From positions 832,001 to 896,000 of the forward strand of contig CAWGVS010000005.1 of the NCBI GenBank assembly GCA_963826115.1: a stretch of 64,000 nt of DNA, in the 5' to 3' direction. The stretch's first letter is position 1. Each line of letters opens with the position of its first letter. The translations under genes and the position numbers were made by a program. A model generated the notes under the pieces. The model made no database searches. It was not told the origin of the DNA and saw only the letters and a program-made list of their open reading frames with translations. Source of the stretch: an uncultured Candidatus Rokubacteria bacterium (GTDB lineage Bacteria; Methylomirabilota; Methylomirabilia; Rokubacteriales; DASRDR01). Shown here piece by piece: positions 48,943 to 57,786 of the stretch.

Positions 48943-49248
48943 CTACTCTCGCGGGAAGGCCAGGATGACGGAGTCGAGCCTGAGGACCCGGAACTCCTCG
49001 CCGTTGACGTAGAAGTAGTGCCCTTCCACCTCTTCGGCCGGCTCCTCGAAGGCGACGACCGCCTCGACGGGCGGCATCTCGCGGAACGCGTTCGCACCCT
49101 CGTCGAAGCCGTCGCCGCGGCCCGCCACGACGCCGTAGCGGATCGGCGAGCCCTTCGGGCAGTAGATGCGGACGCCGGCCGGCGCTTCCTCGAGCAGCTT
49201 CACGAGGATGTTGATGCCGTAGACCTGGCAGGGCGGCGACGAAGCCAT
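48943..49248 (-). CDS. Divergent GroES/Cpn10-like protein
   Basis: GINILVKL..., GVVAGRGDG, VEAVVAF and VNGEEFRVLRLDSVIL parallel the Cpn10 pattern. Confidence 0.6.
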   Translation of the reverse strand: MASSPPCQVYGINILVKLLEEAPAGVRIYCPKGSPIRYGVVAGRGDGFDEGANAFREMPPVEAVVAFEEPAEEVEGHYFYVNGEEFRVLRLDSVILAFPRE

Positions 49249-49289
49249 CTGGGTCGGATGATACCACAGGGCCCAAGAGGCCGACCGCG

Positions 49290-50456
49290 TCAGACCCCCG
49301 GCAGCGACGCCTGTCCCCCGCGTCCCGCGACGTCCTCGATCTTCCCCTCGAGCCGCGCGAGCGAGGTCGTCGCCTCGTCGTACTTGTTCTTCGCGTTGGT
49401 GATGTGGCGGCCGAGCGTGTCGAAGTTCTCGCGCACGCGCGCGGCGTCGCCCTGGAGCCGTCCGAGCATCCCGAGGATCTCGTGGGCATTCTGCTCGATG
49501 CGGAGGCCGCGAAGGCCCAGCAGAATCACCTGGAGGTACGCGTAGAACGAGTTGGGCGAGACGGGCACCACGCGGCGGGACAGGGAGTATCCGAGGAGCG
49601 AGTCCTCGCTCGCGTCGTCCCGGAGGATGACCTCGTAGTAGACGTTCTCGGCGGGGATGTACATGAGGGCGAAGTCGAACGTGTCCTCGTCGGGGAGGAT
49701 GTATTTCTTCGCGATCTCGTCCACCCGGCCCCGGACGTCGCGGAGGAAGGCGCGCCGGGACTGGCGCCGGCGGTCCTCGTCGGGCTCCTCGACCATGCGG
49801 CGGAAGTTCTCCAGCGGGAACTTCGAGTCCACCGGGACCAGCCGGTTGCCGACGACCACCGCCGCGTCCACCTTGTCGCCGCTCCGGAAGCCGTGCTGGA
49901 GGCGGTAGTGCTCGACCGGCAGGATCTCCGCGAGGAGCCGCTCGAGGAGCGTCTCGCCGAACCCGCCCCGCATCTTCGGGGCCCGCAGGATCTGCTCGAG
50001 GCCGGCGATGTCCCGGCCCACCTGCTCCATGCGGCGGGTGGACTCGCCGAGGGCGCCCAGCTGGCCGTGGACCTCGGTCACCGCGCGCTTGGCGTCATCG
50101 AGGCGCTGTCCCATGGACGTCTGCGCCTGCTGCATGAGGGTCATGCCCTCCTGGAGCCGCAGGTTCACCTCGGCGGTGACCTCACGGAGCGCCCGCGCCA
50201 CGTCGGTCTGGATCCCGGTCACGTGCTGGCCGATCTGTCCGCTGAACTGGGTGATCTGGCTGTTCACGGCGTTGCGGGTGGCGTCCTGCCGCTCCTGAGT
50301 GTCGCGGCGCAGGCTCTCGATCTGGCTCCGCAGGAGCTCCATTCCCGGATCGGGTCCGGGCGACTGCCGGAGCCGCCCGGCCAGCACGACGAGGCCCCAG
50401 ACGGTCGCGCCGAGCGTCGCGAGCACCGCCAGCACGAGGACGAGGGGCGCGTCCAC
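49290..50456 (-). CDS. rmuC: DNA recombination protein RmuC
   Basis: N-terminal TM plus coiled coil; PKMRGGFGE, VDSKFPL, KKYI and DFALMYIPAE motifs. Confidence 0.93.
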   Translation of the reverse strand: MDAPLVLVLAVLATLGATVWGLVVLAGRLRQSPGPDPGMELLRSQIESLRRDTQERQDATRNAVNSQITQFSGQIGQHVTGIQTDVARALREVTAEVNLRLQEGMTLMQQAQTSMGQRLDDAKRAVTEVHGQLGALGESTRRMEQVGRDIAGLEQILRAPKMRGGFGETLLERLLAEILPVEHYRLQHGFRSGDKVDAAVVVGNRLVPVDSKFPLENFRRMVEEPDEDRRRQSRRAFLRDVRGRVDEIAKKYILPDEDTFDFALMYIPAENVYYEVILRDDASEDSLLGYSLSRRVVPVSPNSFYAYLQVILLGLRGLRIEQNAHEILGMLGRLQGDAARVRENFDTLGRHITNAKNKYDEATTSLARLEGKIEDVAGRGGQASLPGV

Positions 50457-51340
50457 TACCGCGAGCCCCAGTGGCGGCAGACCGACCGGAGCTGGCAAGC
50501 CGGGCACACGCGGGCGTCTCGGCGGTCGAGGCAGTCCCCGCGCATCCGCGTGTGGCAGAGCGCGAAGTCGTACTTGACCGGGTCAGTCGGGTCGAGCCGC
50601 CGGAGGGTGGCCGTGATGTCGGCCGCCATCCGGCCGGTGCGCGAACGGAGGCGCGTCAGGCGGATCGCATGCGCCATGTTCGCGATGTGGGTGTCGAGCG
50701 GGATCAGGAGCTTCGACGGGGAGAGCTCCCGCCAGTCCCCGAAGTCTGGCGGATCCCGCCGGATCATCCACCGGAGAAAGAGGTGCCAGCGCTTGCACGC
50801 GCCCCCCGTGGCGGGATCGGGGAACAGGTGCCGGAACCCTCGCGTGAGGCGCGGCATCCCGACGGGACGGAAGTCCTGCTCGAGGATCGACGTCGCGAAT
50901 CGCTGGAGCGCGGGCCGGATGTCCGGGTCGTCCGGCGAGTAGCCGGCGACGAAGGCCGCCCGGAGGGAGCCGTGGCGCGCGATCAGCCGGTGGATCGCCA
51001 GGACCGCGGCCGCGACGTCGCGCCCCCGCGTGAACCGGTAGTGGAACGGCGCGAACCGCGCGGCATCCCGGGCGGCGTCGAATCGCTCGACGAAGTCGCG
51101 CGGGGACGGGCCGAGCCAGTCGAGGAGCCGCACCAGCCAGGCGCCGAAGAGGGACACGCGGCCGTAGGCGAGGCAGGCGGTGAGGAGGGCGACCACCTCG
51201 CGATCCCGCGGGTCGGCGAAGCGCGCCGGGTACTGGATGGCGTCGCTCGCCACGCGGGCGTCGTAATCGTAGCGGTGGTAGAGGCGCTCGAGCGGCTCAC
51301 GGAGTCGCGTCACGCGCGCCGCGCTGATTCCCCGCGTCAT
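50456..51340 (-). CDS. TIGR02757 (DUF2400) HhH-GPD-like protein with C-terminal Cys cluster
   Basis: DREVVAL..A.LAYG, YRFT, ACKR.HLFLRWM.R, IPLDTH and DPVKYDFAL motifs. Confidence 0.88.
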   Translation of the reverse strand: MTRGISAARVTRLREPLERLYHRYDYDARVASDAIQYPARFADPRDREVVALLTACLAYGRVSLFGAWLVRLLDWLGPSPRDFVERFDAARDAARFAPFHYRFTRGRDVAAAVLAIHRLIARHGSLRAAFVAGYSPDDPDIRPALQRFATSILEQDFRPVGMPRLTRGFRHLFPDPATGGACKRWHLFLRWMIRRDPPDFGDWRELSPSKLLIPLDTHIANMAHAIRLTRLRSRTGRMAADITATLRRLDPTDPVKYDFALCHTRMRGDCLDRRDARVCPACQLRSVCRHWGSR

Positions 51341-51402
51341 CGCGCGCAGGATAGCATGCCGCTCGCTTGATTTCGTGCGGCACGGTTGCTACGGTGGCCC
51401 GC

Positions 51403-52212
51403 ATGACACGCGACGTGCGCCGCATCGGTCTCTTCGGGCTCGGCACCATCGGCCGGGCGGTCGCCGGCGCGGTCGCGGCGGGCATGCCGGGCCTGTGCCT
51501 CGCCGGCGCGACGAGCCGCGACGCCGGCCGCGCGCGGGAGTTCCTGGCCGGCCTTCCTGGGCTCCCTCCCCTCCTCGGACTCGACGAGCTGCTCGAGCGC
51601 TCCGACGTCATCGTCGAGGCGGCCACCCAGGCCGCGCTGGTCGCCCACGCGCCGGCGATCCTGGACGCCGGGCGCGACCTGGTGGTTCTCTCGGTGGGCG
51701 CACTTCTCGATCACCCCGAGTGGATCGAGCGGGCCCGGGACCGTGGCGCGCGGATCCACGCGGTCTCCGGGGCGATCGCGGGCCTCGATGGCCTGAAGGG
51801 CGCGGCGATCGACGGCCACCTCGCCTCCGTCGTGATGGAGACGCGGAAGCCGCCGAGGGGGCTCGCCGGGGCACCGGGCGTCGCCGGGATCGACCTGGAC
51901 CGGATCGCCACCCCGACCGTGGTCTTCGAGGGCACCGCCCGTGAGGCGTGCCGCGCCTTCCCCGCGAACGTGAACGTCGTCGCCGCGGTCTCGCTGGCGG
52001 GGCTCGGCCCCGACCGGACGCGGATCCGGATCTACGCGGATCCGTCGGTCGACCGGAACCGGCACACGGTGACGGCGGAGGGCGGGTTCGGGCGACTCAG
52101 GATCGAGATCGAGAACGTCCCGTCTGAGAATCCCCGGACCGGAAAGCTCTCCTACCTGTCCACGATCGCTCATCTCCGCGACCTTGGCGCGTCCCTGCGG
52201 ATCGGGACGTGA
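51403..52212 (+). CDS. nadX: L-aspartate dehydrogenase
   Basis: GLGTIG, VEAA, SVGAL, SGAIAGLD, RKPP, FEGTAREA..FPANVNV, N.H and PSENPRT motifs. Confidence 0.9.
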   Translation: MTRDVRRIGLFGLGTIGRAVAGAVAAGMPGLCLAGATSRDAGRAREFLAGLPGLPPLLGLDELLERSDVIVEAATQAALVAHAPAILDAGRDLVVLSVGALLDHPEWIERARDRGARIHAVSGAIAGLDGLKGAAIDGHLASVVMETRKPPRGLAGAPGVAGIDLDRIATPTVVFEGTAREACRAFPANVNVVAAVSLAGLGPDRTRIRIYADPSVDRNRHTVTAEGGFGRLRIEIENVPSENPRTGKLSYLSTIAHLRDLGASLRIGT

Positions 52213-52440
52213 CGCCGACGAGCCGGCGGCGCGCTGGGGAGAGGCTTCAGGCGACGGCTCGGGTTGGCGAGCGCGCAGCGTCCACGGGGCGTAACAAGCC
52301 TGCTCATCCTCAGGACACGTCCGGCGGACGGTGAGCCGATCGGGCTCGGACATGCGGGCGTGCGTCCCGCGCCCGGCGTCCTGGGTCGTGAAGCCGATCG
52401 CCGCGGTGATGGAGGGTTGCCGGACCGCCGCGCCGAGGCG

Positions 52441-52474
52441 CCGCAAGCCCGCGCCACGGGGCGCGGGCTCGCGG
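52441..52474. terminator. GC hairpin downstream of the lipoprotein gene
   Basis: ccgc-a-agcccgcgcc-acgg-ggcgcgggct-c-gcgg. Confidence 0.5.
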
Positions 52475-52498
52475 GTTACTCCAGGGTGTCGCGGAGCC

Positions 52499-52915
52499 TC
52501 ACTTCGATTTCGTGAGCTGATTCGACACTCGGCGGCCGCCGTCCTTCGTCACGCCCTGCCAGTTCCACGTCCACGAGGTCGAGCCCTCGTGGAACGTCAT
52601 CTTGCCTTGCGACCTGGCCGAATCGTACTGGACGCCACCGTCGACGATCTTCATCGTGCCCGGGAGCTGAGTCGCGTTCGGCCGCCGGTCCGCGATCCAG
52701 AACGCGCCATTTTCTTGGATGATTCCCTCGATCTCCGTCGAGAGCTCGCCCTGGACGTCGGTCTTCCCCGTCCAGTGGCCGGCCAGCATCTTGAAGTCGC
52801 CCTCCTTCATGGCCCGGGCCGGCTCGCTCGTCGGGGCCGCAGCGCAGCCCGCGATCACGGCGGCTAGGACCAGCACTCCAACCCCTCGACCGGAAAACCA
52901 GCGAGTACGCGTCAT
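52499..52915 (-). CDS. Hypothetical lipoprotein (all-beta)
   Basis: AAGGAG RBS, lipobox VIAG-C, LAGHWTG and alternating beta-strand pattern; C-terminal part of ORF 52499..53743. Confidence 0.8.
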   Translation of the reverse strand: MTRTRWFSGRGVGVLVLAAVIAGCAAAPTSEPARAMKEGDFKMLAGHWTGKTDVQGELSTEIEGIIQENGAFWIADRRPNATQLPGTMKIVDGGVQYDSARSQGKMTFHEGSTSWTWNWQGVTKDGGRRVSNQLTKSK

Positions 52916-53115
52916 CGATGCGCTCCTTGTCCCACCCCTCCGATACGGCCCCTGACGGGCGAGCTCGCTCGCGGGTGAGATTGGGCCAGAACAGTTGAGA
53001 GCCGGGGTCCCGGCATGACCGATCGACCGACCGCCCCGTCGGTTCGCTGCTTCACCCTCCTGGCGGAGTCGCCCCCGCGCGATCGCTCCGGTCCAGCTCC
53101 GGCGCGTCCTCTGGT

Positions 53116-54045
53116 CTAGTGCGCGTGGGCCTCCAGGAAGCGCTCGGCGTCGATGGCGGCCATGCAGCCGGTCCCCGCGGCCGTGACCGCCTGGCGGTAC
53201 ACGTGGTCCGCGACGTCGCCGGCCGCGAACACGCCGGGGACGTTCGTCCGCGTCGACCCGGACTCGGTCACGAGGTAGCCGGCGGGGTCCATCTCGAGCT
53301 GTCCCGAGAAGAGCTGCGTGTTGGGCGTGTGGCCGATCGCCACGAACACGCCGCCCGCGGGCAGGTCCTCCGCGGCGCCGCTGTCGGGATCGCGGAGGCG
53401 GATGCCCGTGACGCGGTCGGTGCCGAGGATCTCGTCGACGACGCGGTTCAAGGCCCAGGCGACCTTCGGGTTCCGGTGGGCGCGGTCCTGCATGATCTTG
53501 GACGCCCGCAGGGTGTCCCGCCGGTGCACGATGGTCACCTTGCTGGCGAACTTCGTGAGGAACGTGGCTTCCTCCATCGCGGAGTCGCCGCCGCCCACGA
53601 CGACCAGCTCCTGGCCCTTGAAGAAGAAGCCGTCGCAGGTCGCGCAGGTCGACAGGCCGCGTCCCAGGAGCCGCCGCTCCGACTCGAGGCCGAGCAGCCG
53701 CGCCGACGCGCCGGTGGCCACGATGATCGCCCGCGCCCGCCACGTCCGCTCGGCGGTCTTGACCGTGAACGGCCGGCTGGAGAGGTCCACCCCGACCACG
53801 TCGTCATCGACGAAGTCCGTGCCGAAGCGCTCCGCCTGCTTGCGCATGACGTCCATCAGCTCCGGCCCGAGGATCGCCTCGGCGAATCCCGGGTAGTTCT
53901 CGACCTCGGAGGTCAACGTCAGCTGGCCTCCGGGCTGGCTCCCCGCCACGATGAGGGGCATCAGGTTCGCCCGCCCCGCGTAGATCGCGGCGGTCAGCCC
54001 GGCCGGGCCGGACCCGACGATGATCACGTTCCGCTCGTCGCTCAC
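53116..54045 (-). CDS. trxB: Thioredoxin reductase
   Basis: GSGPAG, GGQL, CATCDG, GGGDSA, HRRD and AAGDV motifs. Confidence 0.97.
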   Translation of the reverse strand: MSDERNVIIVGSGPAGLTAAIYAGRANLMPLIVAGSQPGGQLTLTSEVENYPGFAEAILGPELMDVMRKQAERFGTDFVDDDVVGVDLSSRPFTVKTAERTWRARAIIVATGASARLLGLESERRLLGRGLSTCATCDGFFFKGQELVVVGGGDSAMEEATFLTKFASKVTIVHRRDTLRASKIMQDRAHRNPKVAWALNRVVDEILGTDRVTGIRLRDPDSGAAEDLPAGGVFVAIGHTPNTQLFSGQLEMDPAGYLVTESGSTRTNVPGVFAAGDVADHVYRQAVTAAGTGCMAAIDAERFLEAHAH

Positions 54046-54162
54046 GATCTATCCTCGCTCCCCGTTGGATGGGATCGGCCGCTCGGCGGCCGCCCGGCCC
54101 GCTGCCGGGCCTCCGTACATGAGACGGTCACGCCCCTACCCAGGATGCGCCCGAATCTCCCC

Positions 54163-54202
54163 GAAAGAAAACGGCCCCGGGGGGACGAGTCCCCGGGGCC
54201 GG
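54163..54202 (-). terminator. Rho-independent terminator of csp
   Basis: Minus strand ggccccgggg-actcgtcc-ccccggggcc followed by GTTTTCTTT. Confidence 0.85.
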
Positions 54203-54221
54203 CGCGAAGCCTCGGCGAGAG

Positions 54222-54425
54222 CTACTTCTTGACGACGTTGGCCGCCTGCTTGCCCTTGGGGCCGTCGACGACGTCGAACTCGACCGACTGGCCCTCGGCG
54301 AGGGTTCGGAACCCAGAGCCCTCGACCGCCGTGTAGTGGACGAAGACGTCCTCCTTGTCTGGGCGCTCGATGAAGCCGTACCCCTTGGCATCGTTGAACC
54401 ACTTCACCACCCCGGTCTCACGCAT
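54222..54425 (-). CDS. cspA: Cold-shock protein
   Basis: [15 protein letters not shown] and DVFVHY. Promoter TTGACG-18-TAGTGT (about 54547-54576) implies a long 5' UTR. Confidence 0.96.
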   Translation of the reverse strand: MRETGVVKWFNDAKGYGFIERPDKEDVFVHYTAVEGSGFRTLAEGQSVEFDVVDGPKGKQAANVVKK

Positions 54426-54571
54426 GCCTCGCTCCTTCTGTGGGGATGAGGACGACGGCCAACCAGCAGGCTCCGCGGGGGGCCGGGGCGCCCCTGCGCC
54501 GAAACACCGTGCGCCGCGCGCGATGTCCCCGGCAATCGCGGCAGAACACTAGCGAAACGCCGCTGGCGGCG

Positions 54572-55336
54572 TCAAGAACCTTTTGGACCGGGTTCCAGCG
54601 CCTCCCGGAGGTCGGCGAGACCGGGGAGGTCGAGGTCGGGCGCCGGGATGCCTGGGGGGAGGGCCGCCCGGTCCGGATTCAACCAGGCTGCCGCCATCCC
54701 GATCCCCTTCGCCCCGGCCACGTCGATGTCCGGGCGGTCGCCGACGAAGAGGCAGGCCCGGCGGTCGATGCCCATCTCGTCGAGGGCGCGCTGGAAGATG
54801 TCGGGCCGGGGCTTCCGCCAGCCCACCGTGTCCGAGACCACCACCGTCTCGAACCGGCCGAGGATCCCCCCCTCCGTCAGGATGCGGAGGACGGTTGGCG
54901 TGTAGTCGAAGTTCGAGACGACGGCCAGGCGGTACCGCCCCTGGAGCCAGTCGAGCAGCGCTCCCTGCCCCGGCATGGGCTCGGCGGCGCTGGCGAGACA
55001 GGCCATGTGGGTGGCCAGGAGGGCGTCGGTCACGCTGGCGGGAACGTCCGCGGGGTCGACGCCGACCCGCCGGTAGAAGAGCTCGAAGCGCTGCTGCGCC
55101 GGCACCTCCTCGTGGTTCACCGCGCGGAGGCGGTCGGCCTCCTTGTACGCCCAGAGGAAGGCGTCGTAGAAGGCCTCGAGCCCGAGCCCCGGGAGGACGT
55201 CGGCCGCGATCCCGTGGAGCTTCGGCACGGAGGACCGGACCTCGCGCCCGCCGATCCGGGCCGCGGGCAGCCGCCCGCGGTCCAGGCGGACGAGCGTGTC
55301 GAACATGTCGAAGAGGACCGCGGCGTACCGCGCCAT
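54572..55336 (-). CDS. HAD family hydrolase
   Basis: FDMFDTL, VVSN, KP.P.IF and VGD...D motifs. Confidence 0.9.
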   Translation of the reverse strand: MARYAAVLFDMFDTLVRLDRGRLPAARIGGREVRSSVPKLHGIAADVLPGLGLEAFYDAFLWAYKEADRLRAVNHEEVPAQQRFELFYRRVGVDPADVPASVTDALLATHMACLASAAEPMPGQGALLDWLQGRYRLAVVSNFDYTPTVLRILTEGGILGRFETVVVSDTVGWRKPRPDIFQRALDEMGIDRRACLFVGDRPDIDVAGAKGIGMAAAWLNPDRAALPPGIPAPDLDLPGLADLREALEPGPKGS

Positions 55337-55355
55337 CGCGGGGGCGGACGGCCCT

Positions 55356-56357
55356 TCAGCCGAGCTCGGCGCGCGCCGCCCGGACCGCGGACATCATGAC
55401 GGCGAGCTTGGCCCGGCTCTCCTCCACCGTGCGGGTCTTGAGCCCGCAGTCGGGGTCCACCCAGATCCGGTCGGCGGGCAGCACGGCGGTGCCGCGCCGG
55501 ATGCGGGCGTGGACGTCGTCGAGCGCCTCGGTGGCGTGCGAGTGGACGTCGAGCACGCCGAGCGACAGGTCCTTGGTGAACGGGTCCTTCTCGAACATCG
55601 CCAGGAGGTCGAGCGCGCTGTGCGAGATCGCGAGGTCGAGATTGTCGACCGGCAGGTCGAGGAGACCCGGGTAGATCGTCTCGAAGGCGCCGAAGCACGC
55701 GTGGACGACGTAGTACGCGGCGAGCCCGTCCACCACCGTGTGCATCGCCTCGACCGCGAAGCCCAGCTCGTCCGGCCGCACCGAGAGCGCGGGCTCGTCG
55801 ATCTGGATGATGCGTACGCCGGCCTCGAGCAGGGCCTCGACCTCCTTGCGGACCTCCCGGGCGAGCGCGAGACACGCCGTCTTGCGGTCCGCGTAGTGGT
55901 CGTCGAAGGACCAGTCCATGAGGGTGTACGGGCCGGTGAGCATGCCCTTGACCGGACGCGTGGTCAGGGACTGCGTCCACCGCCACCAGTCGACGGTCAT
56001 GGGTCCCGGCCAGCGCACCGGACCCACCATCACCGGCTTGTGGTAGTAGCGGTTGCCGTAGGAGCGCACGAGGCCCCCCTGGGCGAAGCCGGGCATCGTC
56101 TCCGCGAAGTAGGCCACCATGTCGCCCCGGTACTGCTCGCCGTCCACGAGGACGTCGAGGCCGAGCTCCTCCTGGGTGCGCACCCAGAACTCGGTCGCCT
56201 GCCGCTCGAGGCGGTCCAACTCGCTCCGCGTGATGGCATTGCGCGTGGCCTTCGCCCGGGCCTCGATGAGGTAGTCCGGCTTCGGGAAGCTGCCAACCGT
56301 GGACGTCGGCAGCTTCGGCAGATCCAGGCCGAGACGGCGGAGCTTCTCGCGGCTCAT
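55356..56357 (-). CDS. Cobalamin-independent methionine synthase, catalytic half (split MetE)
   Basis: TVGSFPKP, DGEQYRGDMV.YF, KGMLTGPYT, IQIDEPA, HAC and PDCGLKT motifs. Confidence 0.9.
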   Translation of the reverse strand: MSREKLRRLGLDLPKLPTSTVGSFPKPDYLIEARAKATRNAITRSELDRLERQATEFWVRTQEELGLDVLVDGEQYRGDMVAYFAETMPGFAQGGLVRSYGNRYYHKPVMVGPVRWPGPMTVDWWRWTQSLTTRPVKGMLTGPYTLMDWSFDDHYADRKTACLALAREVRKEVEALLEAGVRIIQIDEPALSVRPDELGFAVEAMHTVVDGLAAYYVVHACFGAFETIYPGLLDLPVDNLDLAISHSALDLLAMFEKDPFTKDLSLGVLDVHSHATEALDDVHARIRRGTAVLPADRIWVDPDCGLKTRTVEESRAKLAVMMSAVRAARAELG

Positions 56358-57346
56358 CGGGACCTCCCGTCGCGGCCCGCGTGCTCGCGGGCGATCGCGA
56401 CCATGTTCTCGAGCTTGGCCCGGGCTCGTGCTCTGGGGAGGAGCTCGAGCCCGCAGGACGGGCCGAGGCCGACGGGCGCCCGGAGGCTCGGCAGCACGCG
56501 GTCGAGGAGCCGGAGGATCGGGTCCCGCGCCTCGAGCTTGGTGTTCCGGCCGTCCACCACCCCGAGGACCAGCGCGCGCGGCGCACCCGCCTCCCGGATC
56601 CGATCCGCCAGCTTCGGACCGTACGTGAGGTCGAGTCCCACCAGGTCGACCGGCATCGCCATCAGATCGTCCCACACCGGCAGCGCGTCGCCGAAGTAGG
56701 TGTAGAGCGCCAGGTGCGCGTGCCCGCGCGCCGCGGCCAGGGTCTCGAGCCCCTCGCGGACCACGTCGGCGTGCTCCGGGTGCTGCAGGAGATACGGCTC
56801 GTCCACCTGGATGACGGCGGCGCCCGCGTGGACCAGATCGGCGACCTCGTGGGCCAGCACCTCCGCATAGGCGCGGGCGAGCTCTCGGCGGTTCCGGTAG
56901 CCGCCCTCCAGGATGGACCCGCAGGCGAGGCTATAGGGCCCGGTCAGGACGGGCTTCACCACGCGGTCCGTGGCCTCGCGGGCGATCTCGAACTCGCGCC
57001 GCAGGACCGGCTCCCGGCGCCGTATCGTTCCGGTGACCACCGGCTGGCGGAAGTAGAAGTTCGTGTCGAAGTACCGCAGGAGGCCGTTGATCTGGATCCC
57101 GTCGCAGTGCCGGGCCACGTGCGAGATCGGGTCGTACCAGCGCACCTGGCCGTCGGTCACGACGTCGAGCCCGGCCGCCGCCTGCTCCTGCACCACCTGC
57201 CGCGCCACCTCGTCCTCGACTCCGCGCCACTCGGTCTCGGAGATCTCGCCGCGCTCGCGCTGGGCGTACGCGCGCCGGTGCCGCTGGGTTTCTGGGGACT
57301 CGCCGATACGCGGATAGGAGCCCGCGCTCGTCAGGATCAGATCCAT
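56354..57346 (-). CDS. Cobalamin-independent methionine synthase, N-terminal-like half (split MetE)
   Basis: GSYPRIG, TDGQVRWYD, RYFDTNFYFRQP, TYFG, GVVDGRN and PSCGL motifs; lacks HxC. Confidence 0.88.
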   Translation of the reverse strand: MDLILTSAGSYPRIGESPETQRHRRAYAQRERGEISETEWRGVEDEVARQVVQEQAAAGLDVVTDGQVRWYDPISHVARHCDGIQINGLLRYFDTNFYFRQPVVTGTIRRREPVLRREFEIAREATDRVVKPVLTGPYSLACGSILEGGYRNRRELARAYAEVLAHEVADLVHAGAAVIQVDEPYLLQHPEHADVVREGLETLAAARGHAHLALYTYFGDALPVWDDLMAMPVDLVGLDLTYGPKLADRIREAGAPRALVLGVVDGRNTKLEARDPILRLLDRVLPSLRAPVGLGPSCGLELLPRARARAKLENMVAIAREHAGRDGRSR

Positions 57347-57777
57347 CACGCCTCCGTCTCGCTCTCGGGGATGGCCTTCCGGCCGCCGAAGCCCTCGTCG
57401 AGCCCGTGCCAGAACCGGACTCGCTTCTCACCGTACCGCCAGCACAGGTTCACCTCGCGCCCGTCCACGAGGCCCAGGAAGTCCACCAGCCCGAGCTCGA
57501 GGTCCTTTGGGACCCCGCCCGTGGCGAGGAGCCCGCCGAGCCCCGCGCGCACCTCACGGTTCGCCTTCTCGATCCCGGAGCGGCGGGCCCGCCACCACTC
57601 CGGCCGGAGCCGCATGCCGCCGGCCAGCACCACCTCGCGCTGGGCGGTCTCGAGCGCGGTGCGGAGCCGCGCCGCCTCCGCATGCGCTCCTATCACGCGG
57701 CCCATGTGCGTCTCCAGCTTCGGGATCAGGGCCTCGACCGCCCGCACCGTGAAGTAGCGCTTCGCCTCGTCCGTCAC
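57346..57777 (-). CDS. DUF2203 family protein
   Basis: RYFTV..., KDLELGLVDF, LCW..GE and WHGLDEGF.GRK motifs. Confidence 0.85.
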   Translation of the reverse strand: MTDEAKRYFTVRAVEALIPKLETHMGRVIGAHAEAARLRTALETAQREVVLAGGMRLRPEWWRARRSGIEKANREVRAGLGGLLATGGVPKDLELGLVDFLGLVDGREVNLCWRYGEKRVRFWHGLDEGFGGRKAIPESETEA

Positions 57778-57786
57778 GGCCGCGCC

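Noticed and set aside
52380-52430. SAM-I riboswitch-like words (GAAGCC, GGCAACC, GGAGGG)
   Set aside because: The motifs are in the wrong order or on opposite strands, and the region lies between convergent 3' ends.
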